Shown in pieces: positions 25,684-38,989 of a stretch of DNA of 64,000 nt. The position numbers and the translations under genes are program-made. Within the stretch, counting starts at the first letter, position 1. Each line of letters opens with the position of its first letter. The notes beneath the pieces are model-generated. The model did not search any database. It had not been told where the DNA came from and saw only the letters and a program-made list of their open reading frames with translations. Source of the DNA: Neocallimastix sp. 'constans' (Eukaryota); NCBI GenBank assembly GCA_050613775.1, contig JBODTK010000116.1:248001-312000 (forward strand). Direction: 5' to 3'.

Positions 25684-28600
25684 TACTTATTGATATAAAA
25701 AAATGAGTAAATAAATAAATAAATAAAAATTCAAGATATGTTTTTTTTTTTTAAAACTTTTTTTATATTTATTTTTTTTAAAACTTTTTTTTATAATATT
25801 TATTTAATAAAAATACAAAATATGTTTTTTTAAAACTTTTTTTAATAATATTTATTTAATAATTAATATTACTCTAATACTATTTTTACAAATAGTATTT
25901 TTTTAATATTTTGTAAAATAGTAATCAAATAATTATTTATGATATTTAATTATAAAAATATATATAATTATAAAAAATATATTTAACTATAAAAATATAT
26001 TTTAATATTTTGTAAAAAAAAAATATTACAATAATTTTTAATTATAACTGTATATTTTTAAATTTTGTATAAAATAATATTACAATAACAATATTTTAAT
26101 TATAAAAAAATATATTTTAATGTTCTTAAGTTAAACTAATCCAATAAAGATTAAAAATACTTTAGTCATCATTTTTGTATTTATTCATTTATTCTCTTTT
26201 TAAAATAATTTTAACTATTAATAAATTATAATTATTGATGTTTCTGTAATTATTGCTACAGTTTGTATTATTTATTTTTTATTTATTATATATTATTTAT
26301 TATTAATTTATAACATTAAATACTATAAGAAAAACTTTTTTATGCTTTTCTGAAGTAATTAAATATTATTTTTAGTAATTCATTTATATATAGATTTGTA
26401 AATAAAAATAATTATTATTTATAATTTTAATCGTCATCATCATTATTATAAATGATAATCCTTTTATAATTATTACTATTCTACTTATATTATTATTTAT
26501 TTTTATTATTTATCAATTATTTATTATTTATTAATTATTTATTATTTATTAATTATTTATTATTTATCAATTATTTATTATTTATTATTTATTAATTAAT
26601 TAATTAATTAACTAATTATTTATTTATTTAAATAGATATCTGTAAATATATTTACATATGAATAAAAATTTTTTATTAATATTTACTTTAAAAAAATAAA
26701 TATATCAATATTAGTAATATTATAATTTATTTATTTTTTCATTTAATATTTTTCATTTGGGGAAATGCAACATGGTGAAATGAACATTTTTATATATTAA
26801 AAATTTATTTATTTTACCGTTAAAATTTATTACTCTTATGTCATATATATATATTAATCTATATTTAATAATACTTTTTTTTTATTCCAAAATTTTTAGA
26901 CTAAACAACCTATTTATTTATTTATTTATTTTTTAATAATTATTATTTGTATTAATTAAAATAACTAATGATAAAACATTATACAAAAGTGTAGTTTAAA
27001 CTTTAACTAATTCCTTGACCATCTTTATATATAATAAACCTATATTATTAGTCTTTATGTAACAATAGGTACATATAAACCAACATTAATTTTTTCATTT
27101 TCTATACATAATGCTTAAAATTTTTAATATATGAATAGTATATATTTTTAATATTTATTAGGTTAGTTTAAGTATAGAGGTTATTGGATAACAGATATTA
27201 TTTTTTTGTATTTTTACTCTTGTTTAAATTAATATAAAAACGTAACATAATAGGTATTAAGATAAAATAACTAACTAACAAACAAACTAATTAACTAAAA
27301 AATAAATAACTAAATAACTTAATAACTAAATAAATAAATATATAAATTGCTATTATATTTTATTTATTAAAATAAAAAAAAAATATATATTCATATAGAT
27401 TTATATTTTTTATAAATTATTTTATGTAGAATATAAAAATATTATAGAGACCATATAATTATAATAATTATTAAGTTTATGTCTTCTTACTTTAAACTTT
27501 TTACGTAGTACGTAGTTTTTTTTTTTTTTTTGTATTTATATATAAAATTTTATATAATTTTTTTTTTTATATTTTTTTAATAAATGTTATTGAATAGAGT
27601 TTATTCCTAATGTAAAAAAAAAAAAAAAAAATAAAAAAATAAAAAAATAAATATTATATATTATTTTATATATAAAATCTATAATAATCTATTAGTATTA
27701 GTAATATATATCATAGATTTCATTTAATAATAAATTATTTTTCATTTTATAACATTATATATGTAAATAAAAATTATATTTAATAATTAAAATTGTATTA
27801 ACTTGTATTACCTGATATGAAACAAATACTTGACTCGAAATATTTTAATACTTTTAGAGAAGAATTAAGAAAAGATTTATAGTTATTAGTTTTATTATAA
27901 GAAATCCTTAAAGTGCTTAAATAAAAAATAAATAGAAATTAGCAAATTCTTTTTTTCATTAAACCTATATTACACTAAACGACATGTGATAATATACATA
28001 AAGCTTATAATAATCTATTGTTAATATTGATAAACTCTTCAGGTTTGGTTTATCTCTTTTTGGGAGAAGTTATATAATTTATTTATATAATTTATTAATA
28101 TAGTATATTTATTTATTTATTTATTTATATTATAATATAAATTTATTTAATTAAATACTAAATTTTATAACTAGGTGTATTGATATAAAAAAAAATTAAT
28201 AGGTATTTTAATATTGATATGTTAAATTCTCAATAAATATAATTTATAATGAAAAACTAATTAAAAAAAAACAGAAAAAGAAAACTATTGAAAATTATAT
28301 TTGAAATTAATATTAATTACACAAAAAAATTTAATTATTTATTCAGTTATAATAGAAACGAACCGCTTGAAACGTTTTTTGTTTACCAGTTCTTTTTAAT
28401 ATATAGTTAATAATCCAAATTTGAATTTTTTTTTTGTATAACATTATATAAAAAGAAAAAGCATTGTTAACTTTTTATTTTATTTATATTAAAGAAGCCA
28501 AAAAAATTTAAAATAATTCTTTTAAAAAGTTAAAAGTTTAAAAATTCAAAATTATTTAATATACATATAATAAATAAAGATGAAAGTATAAACCTTAATT

Positions 28601-29144
28601 ATTAATAAATGAAATACATTAATATATTAATGATTGAGTGTGTATATACATTTATAAATCATGAAAGTAACGTGATAAATTAATAAAATAAATTTATGTT
28701 GGATCAAAATATTTATTTTAGATTATTAATCTTATGTAAACCTAATTATTGAGTAAATTTCAGTGTAATTATTAGTTATAGAATTAAAGGACATTAATAA
28801 AATATATTAATAAATAATTAGAATATTATTAGAATATATAGGTTATATAAGAAAAGATATAAGAATAGAAGGGTTATATGATTATATTTCAAAACTGTTT
28901 TATGTTTAACGGATTTTTTTTAAATTGTAAAATTTATTATGATTAATTTATTTCGAATATATTAACGTTTAACTTTTCATTATAAATATAAAAAAAGTTT
29001 TTATCCATGATTATTTAAATTAAAATGGAAAATAATATAAAATAAAGTTTATGTGTAAATTTTGTTTAATTTATTTAATAAAATTTATGCCATTCAATAT
29101 AAATTTATTTAATATAAATTTATTCAATATAAAAAGAACGTTTT

Positions 29145-29280
29145 TATTGAAATAAAAAAATTCATTTAAATATAAATAAATAAAATTATGGAAATAAAAA
29201 AATTCATTTAAATATAAATAAATAAAATTATTGAAATAAAAAAGTTCATTTAAATATAAATAAATAAAATTATTGAAAAA
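29145..29280. repeat. About 42-bp tandem repeat, 3 copies
   Basis: GAAATAAAAAAATTCATTTAAATATAAATAAATAAAATTAT is repeated. Confidence 0.85.
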
Positions 29281-29808
29281 TAAATTATTTTTATTATCTA
29301 ATTAATAGATTTAACATAAAATGTTTCAATATATATATATTTTTATATTTAAATATTAAATTTTAAATTTTAATTTATTATTTAATATATTGTACCTACT
29401 TTTATAACATTTATTATTTAAAAGAAAATTATGTATAGAAAAAATTTAGGTATACTCTAAAACTGAATATAATTTTATTAAAATTTAATAAGGTAATAAT
29501 TTATTATGGAATAAAAAAAATTAAATGATAAAAAAAAACTTTCTTTAAAATTTTAATTACTTATAATAATAAAAATAACCAAAGGTGTTTTATATAAAAA
29601 ACTTTTAATTATTTAGTTTGATTTTATTGTTTATAGTTAACCCGTTTTATTGGATTTTTTGTTTCTTCATATATTATATTTTTATATATTTTCACATCAC
29701 AATTTTTTTATTCTTTATAATAATTTATTATTTTTATAATTTATTCTTTATAATATTCTATATAATATTCTTTTTCTTTTTCTTTTCTTTTTCTTTTTCT
29801 TTTCTTTT

Positions 29809-29848
<40 letters not shown>

Positions 29849-31486
29849 TTTTGTATTTTTCTATTCCCTATATTTTTTTTTAAAAAAAAAAAATTAATGT
29901 TTACTTTATTTATTTAGGGTATATAAGGTTTATTAAAGTGGATCAAATTTAGATTTTTATATAAATTAAGGTTTTAAATTTCAATTGAAAAATAATTTAA
30001 ATGTTACATTATATTCTGTAAATTTTTTTTTTATCTATTATTTTTTATATTTAAATGAAGAATATTATAATTTTTTTTATATAGATTATATAAAGTGAGG
30101 GATATAAATTTTAAGTATGAATTTTAAATATATATATATTAAATATGTTTTACATAATTAAAATTAATAAAGAAGTAGCTATAAAATATTATATTCTAAA
30201 TTAATTTTAAAAAATTCGATTTATCATATCAAAGAAACAAATAAATGAAATTTATATATTTTATTAATATAACTTTAATAATTAACTATATATATAACTT
30301 TAAGTTGATATTTATATATAAATATATATATATATTTATTTTTAACAGGTTTTATATTAATTTACTTTTTTTCCATTATTTTGATAAATTAATATATTTA
30401 TTAATATATTGTAATTAAAAAATATTTATATTTATTGTTCTTTGATATTAATAATTTTATTTTATATAAATTATTTCTATTTCATTACTATAGAATTAAT
30501 ATATCCAAAATTTATTTAAATATCCAAATTTTTAATAACTAAAGATGTACTTCATACGATTATTAATGAAAAGTATATGATATAAATACTAAAATTTGTT
30601 GTTTTCGATAATTACCGATAAATTATCAAATATTCAGGTTTTATTATTTTCTTGGTATAAATTTATTTAATATTAAACAATTTCTAAGTTTAAAATATTA
30701 ATAAAAGGAAAAAAAAAATATGAAACATTTTTATATAATATTATTTTTTCTAAAAATTTTATCTTTATCTTTATTCATTATTTATTATTAGCTAATTATA
30801 TATTTGAAAATAAATTATTAGTTATTAAAAAAAAAAAAAAAAAGCCTTTTAAAATATATTATTATATTTAAATTTTTATTGACTTAATACATGCATTTTT
30901 TATTTATTATTAATTAATGATATATATATTTTCATTTCAATTTTAAATATATATTACATATTAATTTTCTTTTAAAGTATTTATTTATTAAAAATTTATT
31001 ATGTTTCTATTCTTATTTTTCATTTTGGAAAATAATATATATTTATGTATTGTATAATATATATAAGAAATATATGTAAATTTTACCTTTTTGTATTTAA
31101 CTTGGCTATATATAAATTTATACCAATTACTTTCTTTAACTATATTTTTTAAAAAAAAATTTTAATTAAAAATTCTATTCTAAAATAGATATTTTATAAA
31201 TAATAAAGTTGGATACATGGTTTATAAACGAACATTAAAAATAAAATTAATTATATTAATCTTAAAAAATATATAAAAAAGGAATAAATTTAGGTAAGTT
31301 ATATTATATTTATTAAAGTTTTTATTATATAATAATAAATATAGAAATTAAAATGTACAATAAATATTAAATAAATAAATAAAAAAAAAAAAAAAAAAAA
31401 AAAAGAAAATATATATATATTTATGAATCTAGACTTTATTTTATTTACTTTTTTTATTTATATAATTTTCTTTTCTTTCTTTCTTT

Positions 31487-31521
<35 letters not shown>

Positions 31522-31826
31522 TTTTAATTAAAATATATATAATTAATTTTATTAAATTATAAAGGTATGAAACATTTCTATCAACTTTTTAAAATAAAAA
31601 AAAAATTCTAATTACTATATAAATAACAAAAATTTCCTGTTAATTCGGTTGTTAATTCAATTAATATCTATATAAATAAATATATAGATTAATAACTATA
31701 GAGAATATTTGAATTAAGGAATTTAAAAATTTTTTTAAATAAAAAATAAAGATAATATAAAATTATATATATATATATTAAAATTCATAATTTAAAAGTT
31801 TTAAATAAAAAATAATAATTCATAAA

Positions 31827-33815
31827 ATGAAGTTTAATAAGATATTCTCAGTTTTAGGTTTATTTACGGCTTCTTTAGTAAGTGCTTCAAGAAGTGATTT
31901 CTATGGTAGTAATGATAATCGTCCAGAATTATTTAAAATTTTAGATGACCATATTGGTACTCTTAAAATTAATTTTGATGATGAAACATGGGCTACTATG
32001 AAGGAAAAATCTGTATTACCACCATGGAACGCCGGTGATGTAGGTGAAAAATACGGTACTAATAACGCTACTTTAGAATTCTTAATTGATGGTACTGATT
32101 ATAGAGTCGAATTACAACCAGGGGAATTTAGTTTTGTTCTTGGTGGTAAATTTACTCGTAACTTCGCTAAGCCAGGTTACAACCTTAAGATTGAAAATGG
32201 TGATCTTTTTGAAGTTAAATCACTTCGTTTACGTTCAGGCTATCGTGATAATTCATTGATGCGTGAAAAGCTTTCATCTGATATGTTCTATAAAATGGGG
32301 GTTCCAACTACTTCTACTAATTATATTAGAGTTGAGGTAAACGGTGAAAATCTTGGTCTTTACATTGCTACTAACAAAATTAAGAAGGATTTCATTAAGA
32401 GATACTACGGTGAAAAGAATACTAATAATCTTTATGAATGTAGAATTGACCGTACTAGATTCGAAGATTTTAGTGTTGCTGAAAAGTGTGATAATATTAA
32501 GGAAGAACTTGTTGATAAAAGAGATGATATTAGAAAATTCAATGAAGCTATCAACAATGCAAAATCTATTGATGATATCAAGGATATCATTGATGTTGAA
32601 ACCTTTTTAAAAACTATTTGCTTCGAATTCCTTACTTTAGCCTGGGATCACTTCTTAGTCTATAATCACAACTATTTTTGGTATAAGAAGCCTGATGGTA
32701 AGTGGACCATTATTCTTAATGATTTTGATGAAACTTGGGCTCAAGATCTTTGGACTACTATCTACCGTGGTGAAGGTCTTTCCGAAGAACAAACTTATGT
32801 TGATAAGTCCTATATACCAGATGCTGATGGTCTTCCATGGGCTAACTTCCCTAACTTTTCTATTCGTGATTGTGATATGGGTCATAAGATCATTAAGTTA
32901 CTTATTTATGATAACGAAGAACAATGGCGTGAAATTGTTGGTGAAGTTGTTAAAAATTATTTCAATCCAACTATTCTCTTCAAGCGTATTGAAGAAATTA
33001 AAGAATTAATTTATGATGATGTTGTTATTAATCGTACCATTAATCCAGAAACTGGTAAATTCATTGGTTGCTTTAATACTGAAGGTTTTGATCCAAAGTG
33101 GAATATGACTCACTTTGAAGAAGGTATTAACTATGTTAACTGGGCCAATAATCCAGATCAAGCTCGTAGTTATGGTTTAAAGTTCTTTATTGAAGAACGT
33201 TTCAAGTACATCTGTCACACCTATGGTATTAATCCAGAAACTCTTGAATTAATTCAACCAAGACCAGCTGTTGCTTTCTGGGGAATTGTTAACAAGTACA
33301 GTTTCTACTGGGGAGAAGGTGAATTATTTAATGATGAATTCATTACTTGGTCCTTCCCAGATCTTGATAAGGAAGATTATAAGCAAGAATCTTATAATGC
33401 TGATCCAATCAAGAATGCTAAACCATCAAACTACGTTATTCCATTAACCGTTCATGAAATGGCTGAAGCTGAAGAAAATCCAAAGGACAACGGTAGTGAT
33501 AATGCTACTACCACTACTGCTGTTGCTGAACCAACTTCAACTGTAGAAGATTCCGCTTGCTGGTCAGAAAAATTAGGTTATCCATGCTGTGTTTCTTCTT
33601 GTTATGTTTACGAATCTGATAATGAAGGTGAATGGGGTTATGAAGACAATCACTGGTGTGGTATTTCATCATCATGTAGTAATGATGTATGCTGGTCTAA
33701 GAAGTTTGGTTACGACTGTTGTAACGGATGTACTTCTTATGAAGAAGATTCTAATGGTAAATGGGGTTATGAAGAAAATAAATGGTGTGGTATTGTTTCA
33801 GAAAACTGTAATTAA
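31827..33815 (+). CDS. cotH: Secreted CotH-family kinase-like protein with two C-terminal fungal dockerin (NCDD/CBM10-like) domains; cellulosome component
   Basis: Signal peptide; CotH motifs (GGKFTR..KPGYNLK, LRLR...D.SLMREKL, HNYFWY, DFDETW); Thr-rich linker; CWSEKLGYPCC...WGYEDNHWCG and CWSKKFGYDCC...WGYEENKWCG. Intronless, 662 aa. Confidence 0.93.
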   Translation: MKFNKIFSVLGLFTASLVSASRSDFYGSNDNRPELFKILDDHIGTLKINFDDETWATMKEKSVLPPWNAGDVGEKYGTNNATLEFLIDGTDYRVELQPGEFSFVLGGKFTRNFAKPGYNLKIENGDLFEVKSLRLRSGYRDNSLMREKLSSDMFYKMGVPTTSTNYIRVEVNGENLGLYIATNKIKKDFIKRYYGEKNTNNLYECRIDRTRFEDFSVAEKCDNIKEELVDKRDDIRKFNEAINNAKSIDDIKDIIDVETFLKTICFEFLTLAWDHFLVYNHNYFWYKKPDGKWTIILNDFDETWAQDLWTTIYRGEGLSEEQTYVDKSYIPDADGLPWANFPNFSIRDCDMGHKIIKLLIYDNEEQWREIVGEVVKNYFNPTILFKRIEEIKELIYDDVVINRTINPETGKFIGCFNTEGFDPKWNMTHFEEGINYVNWANNPDQARSYGLKFFIEERFKYICHTYGINPETLELIQPRPAVAFWGIVNKYSFYWGEGELFNDEFITWSFPDLDKEDYKQESYNADPIKNAKPSNYVIPLTVHEMAEAEENPKDNGSDNATTTTAVAEPTSTVEDSACWSEKLGYPCCVSSCYVYESDNEGEWGYEDNHWCGISSSCSNDVCWSKKFGYDCCNGCTSYEEDSNGKWGYEENKWCGIVSENCN

Positions 33816-34554
33816 ATCTAAATCTTTAAATATATTATTAAACGTAATAATAATAAAATAATAATAATAATAATAAAATAATAATAATAATAAAAAAAAA
33901 AAAAAAACTGGATTTTTTTTTTAAAATTATCTATTTTTTATTATTTCATAAAAATAATAAAAATAAATTACTTCAAATAAGTAGAATATTTTATTATAAA
34001 AATATCAAATATATAGATAAAATAGTAATAAAAAAAAAAAATAAAATATCGAAAGGAAATTAAAAAAAAAAAAATAAAAAAAATAAATAAATAGATTAGA
34101 ATAAATTAGAACAATTAAATAGATAAATAATATATTAAATTTATTAGAAAAATTTAATATATTATATTAAATATAAAAATTATAAATATTTATATTTTAT
34201 ATATTTATTAAATATAGGTATAGATAATTATAACTTTATATAAATTAGATAGAATATAAATTAGATAGAAAATTTAAACATAAACATAAAATAAAAATAA
34301 AAATGAAATAAAATTAAATAAAATAAAATAAAGTTTAATGCTAAATTAAAAAAAAAATAAGAATTTATCAATTAAAAAATTAGTGTTCTTGTCATAATTA
34401 AAGTTGGTTATAAATATGAATTTAAAAAGAAAGAGAAACATAATTATTGTTAAAATAAATAAATAAATATATAAATAAAAATTTTATTTAATAAATGAAT
34501 AAATAAATAAATAAAATTTTTATTAAATAAATAATTAAATAAATAAAATTTTTA

Positions 34555-34586
<32 letters not shown>

Positions 34587-35042
34587 AAAATTTATTAAAT
34601 AAATAAATAAATGAATGAATTAATGAATAAATAAATAAATAAATAAGTAAATAAACATATTTATATTTAAATTTTTTCTTTTAACATTTCGAGTATTATT
34701 TGTATTTAGTGGTAAAACCATTATAAGAAGTGAAAAATATATAAATTCAATAAATATTTATAATAAATTTATTTTTTATTTTTTTTTTTTTATTCTTTTT
34801 TTCATTTTTAATTCAAAAATATAAATAATAAAGTAAAATAAAATAAAATAAAATAAAATAAAATAAAAAAAATAAAATAAAATAAAATAAAATAAAATAA
34901 ATAAATAAAATTATTAAAATAATTCATTGTTATAATATATATTTTTAATTGTGGATAATAATTATTATTAAAAAAAAAAAGTTTTTTTTTTAATAAAAAT
35001 ACCAATAACAACAACGACAATAATAATAATAATAATACTTAA

Positions 35043-37121
35043 ATGGATAGTATTAAAAATAAAAAAGATAAAATCGTTGAGTTAATCAAAAGTAATAATT
35101 TAAATGAAATAAAAAAATATGTGGAAGATCCTAAATTTAAATTTTATAATTTAAATAGTAAACATAAATATGAAATTTTAATTTATTCAATAAAAAATAA
35201 AGCTTCTTTTGGAATCATAAGATATTTTATCAAGCAATGGAATAAAGAAATAAATCATTACTCATATTTAAAAAAATGTTATGTAGATTCTAAAGCTAAT
35301 AATGAAAATATCAAAAATGATATTGAATTGCCACTTTCTGTTGCAATAGCAAATAACAATTTTAAGGTTGCAGATTGTTTATTGGAACATGACGCCATTT
35401 TAAATGATATACCGGAAGATACTTTATTAAATATAGTTAATAAAAAAAATTCGAAATATTTATTAAATAAAAATATTGCCATTTCAAAAGAATTTTTACT
35501 TGAATTGATAAAATCCATTAAAATATATTTTATAAAAGATATTTTTAGTTACTATGCTTTTAATAATACTATAATAATTAATTTACTTCTTATGTATAAA
35601 AAAAAGATAAAGTCATCCAATTCAGATCTAAAAAATTTAATTAGGGAAGAAAATAACAAAATTATTATTAATGAAGAAATGTACAAAGAAGCATTTAATA
35701 TTTATTTCAGTTATGATGACTATTTAAAAAATAATAAATATGATAAAGATTATGAATTGGTATTTATTTTATATAATAATGATAGAAGAGAAAAACAAGA
35801 AAAATTATTTGATATATATAAAGTTTTGAGAAACTTTTATGATTATCAAAAGATTGAATTAATTGAGAAAATTAAAAATAAAGATTTGAAATTTTCAGTA
35901 GATTCATGTTTTTTAAGTATTCTTGAAAAATCTGTCTCCAATCAAGAAAAAGAGGATATTATGATAGATTTTGTTCAAAATAATAATATGGAAGAGCTTC
36001 AAAATTATATGAAGAAAAATAATATTAAATTGACCGATCTTAAAGGTGAATATAATAATATGGGTATTTGTTATTATGAACTTTTAAACAGAGCCTTATG
36101 GAATGAAAATGAAAACATTATAAAGTATTTAATCGATTGCGGTTCAGATATTAATATGCCTGGAGTTAAAGATAAGTCACCATTACATCTTCAGTTATAT
36201 ATCTCACAAATTTTAAAAGACGGTAAAGATGTAGAATTAGTGAAAAAGTTAATTAAATGGGGAGCTGATATTAATAAGGTTGTCGACGGTGAAACTCCAT
36301 TAATTAAGGCTGTTAAAATGAATCATTTGGAGTTAGTTCAATTTATGGTTGAAAATGGTGCAGACATAAATAAAAAAATACTTAATAATGATGGAGACAC
36401 TGCTTTAGGAGCAGCTATTTATTCCAAAAATTTAGAAATAGTTAAATATTTAGTTGAACATGGAGCTGATGTTAATAATGCTACGTTCAGATCTGAAATT
36501 CCATTAAATATTGCTATTAATCAAGAAAATAAAGAAATGATCAAATATCTAATTGAATGTGGTATTGATGTTAATAGTAATAAGAATTCAAATAAATATT
36601 GGGAATCTGGAGCCTTAGGTAATGCAGCTTCCAAAAATGATATGGAGATGGTAAAATATTTAATAAGTTGTGGTGCTAAGGTCGATACTAAAGCTTTAAT
36701 AGGCGCAATAGAAGGAAATAATATGAAAATGGTTCAATATTTAATCGATGCCGGGGCAGACATTAATCAAGAAGTTCAATATTATGGTAATAAATCTGTC
36801 ACACCATTACATGTTGCTATTCAAGATGATAATCAAAATATGATTGAGTATTTGATAAATCACGGAGCTAAGGTATGTATGGACGATACAAATGAAAATT
36901 CACACTTGAATACTGCTATCATTGTTGGAAATATTGATATAATAAAATATTTAATGGATTGGTCTTTGAATCCTGAAAAAAATTCAGATTATCAAAAAAT
37001 TGAATTTAAAGGTAATACTGCTTATGATATAAATGAAAAATATAATTTAAATGATGATAGAGAAGATTCTTACTTACCAATTGTATATCTATTAGATTCG
37101 TATATGGAACACTTTAAATAA
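35043..37121 (+). CDS. Ankyrin-repeat protein
   Basis: 692-aa ORF with about eight C-terminal repeats of the type TPL..A....N.E.VKYLVEHGADVN, plus a degenerate N-terminal ankyrin. Confidence 0.93.
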   Translation: MDSIKNKKDKIVELIKSNNLNEIKKYVEDPKFKFYNLNSKHKYEILIYSIKNKASFGIIRYFIKQWNKEINHYSYLKKCYVDSKANNENIKNDIELPLSVAIANNNFKVADCLLEHDAILNDIPEDTLLNIVNKKNSKYLLNKNIAISKEFLLELIKSIKIYFIKDIFSYYAFNNTIIINLLLMYKKKIKSSNSDLKNLIREENNKIIINEEMYKEAFNIYFSYDDYLKNNKYDKDYELVFILYNNDRREKQEKLFDIYKVLRNFYDYQKIELIEKIKNKDLKFSVDSCFLSILEKSVSNQEKEDIMIDFVQNNNMEELQNYMKKNNIKLTDLKGEYNNMGICYYELLNRALWNENENIIKYLIDCGSDINMPGVKDKSPLHLQLYISQILKDGKDVELVKKLIKWGADINKVVDGETPLIKAVKMNHLELVQFMVENGADINKKILNNDGDTALGAAIYSKNLEIVKYLVEHGADVNNATFRSEIPLNIAINQENKEMIKYLIECGIDVNSNKNSNKYWESGALGNAASKNDMEMVKYLISCGAKVDTKALIGAIEGNNMKMVQYLIDAGADINQEVQYYGNKSVTPLHVAIQDDNQNMIEYLINHGAKVCMDDTNENSHLNTAIIVGNIDIIKYLMDWSLNPEKNSDYQKIEFKGNTAYDINEKYNLNDDREDSYLPIVYLLDSYMEHFK

Positions 37122-37284
37122 TAATTTAAAAACTTTAAAATATTAAACTATATACATATTCTAAATATATATTTAATGTTAATTAAGTATATATTATACT
37201 TAACATATTTTTTTTTTTTAAAAAAAAAAAAATCTACACATTTACATCTATTAATGATATTATAAAAAAAGTATATATATATTC

Positions 37285-37321
<37 letters not shown>

Positions 37322-37634
37322 TATCAGTATATTTTTGTACTTGATGGTTTATTAATAAAACTATTTGTTATAAAATAAAATAATTTAAATTATTTATCAT
37401 TAAAATTGATTATTAAAAAAAAAAAAAAAAATTGTTTTATATTTATTTATATAATACCTAATTATAAATTATTTTAATTTTCACGTATATGCTCTAATTT
37501 TTTTTTTATTTTTTTTTTTTTATGGTTATAATTATGTTTATAAGATATTTTTAGGGTAATTTTTATAGTTCATTTATTATATATACAAGAAAATATTCAT
37601 TGAATTATTTATATTAAAATATAATATTAATATA

Positions 37635-37668
<34 letters not shown>

Positions 37669-37704
37669 TTGTGTTTATTATTTTCTTTTTTAAATTACAT
37701 GGTA

Positions 37705-37743
<39 letters not shown>

Positions 37744-38989
37744 TATATCAGTCATATAATTATTTATATATCAAATACAAAAAAATATAGAAACATCCAA
37801 TAAAAGTAATTTCTTTTAATACTATTTAAACTATATATATATATATATATTATTATCTATTTTTTTTTTTTTTTTTTTTTAATGGTCATTGATTAATATA
37901 TTTTTAAATATTAGATTAAAGATTATACATATATCTTAATGTGAGGTTTAAATATATATGAAATGGATTTTAAACTTTAATAGTATTTGGTTAATACAAA
38001 GGAAAATTTAAATAGTAATAAACATATTATTTATAAAATAAATATTACATTATATTATGATAAAATGAAAAAAAAAATAATGAAATAAAAAAAAAAACAT
38101 AAAAATAAAAATGAAAATAAAAACTATAAATTACAACAAAAAAAATGTTCATTAATAATTAATAATTCATTGATTAATAATTATTCAGTCTTAAGTAATT
38201 ATATTAATTTATGTAATAAATTAAAGTTTATCATCATTTTACAAAACATCGAATTTTTTTTTTTTTTTTTTTTTTTTCATATGCTTTTACATTTTCAATA
38301 AATTTAATTAGTTTTATCTTGGGAAATTCAAAATAAATTAAATTTAAAGTTTTTTAAGTATAATGATTTAATTTTTTTTGATTATTTTTTGTATAAAAAA
38401 AATAGTATTAGTATTATATTAAAATTATTGAATGATTGGTATTTTTATCCTTAACCTAACTTTAGAGTAAAGATGCTTAATTTAATTTATTATTAACTTT
38501 ATTTTATTCAATTAGTTTTGCATTTTTTGTGAGGTTATAATAAATTTTTAAAAGTAAATAAAAATTTGTTAACCTTTTTCACTTTTTTTACTTTTAAAAA
38601 TAAAACTTATTTGTAAAAAATTTATATTATTTTATTATTAAATATAACTTATCTTATTTTAATTATCTGTTAAAGTAATGATAAAATTAATAGTAGTAAA
38701 CAATAAACACCAAAGTAAATAAGTAAACATAAATAAATTTAATTAATATAATTATCAAGAATTATAAATATTACATAATATTTAAAAACTATAAAAGTAA
38801 AATAAAGCAAATAATAACGTAAAAATTTAAAAAAATATATATATATAAAATTATATCATTAAGCTAAAATAAAACAAAAATAAAAAAAAAAATTTTATAT
38901 AATACTATAAATATAAAATATAAAAATAGCTTATTAATTTTTTTTAAACATAATAATAATAATAAAAAAAAAAGAATAATATCAATAAA

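Noticed and set aside
32344..33861. Small ORFs overlapping cotH
   Set aside because: Alternative-frame shadows of a strongly codon-biased gene.
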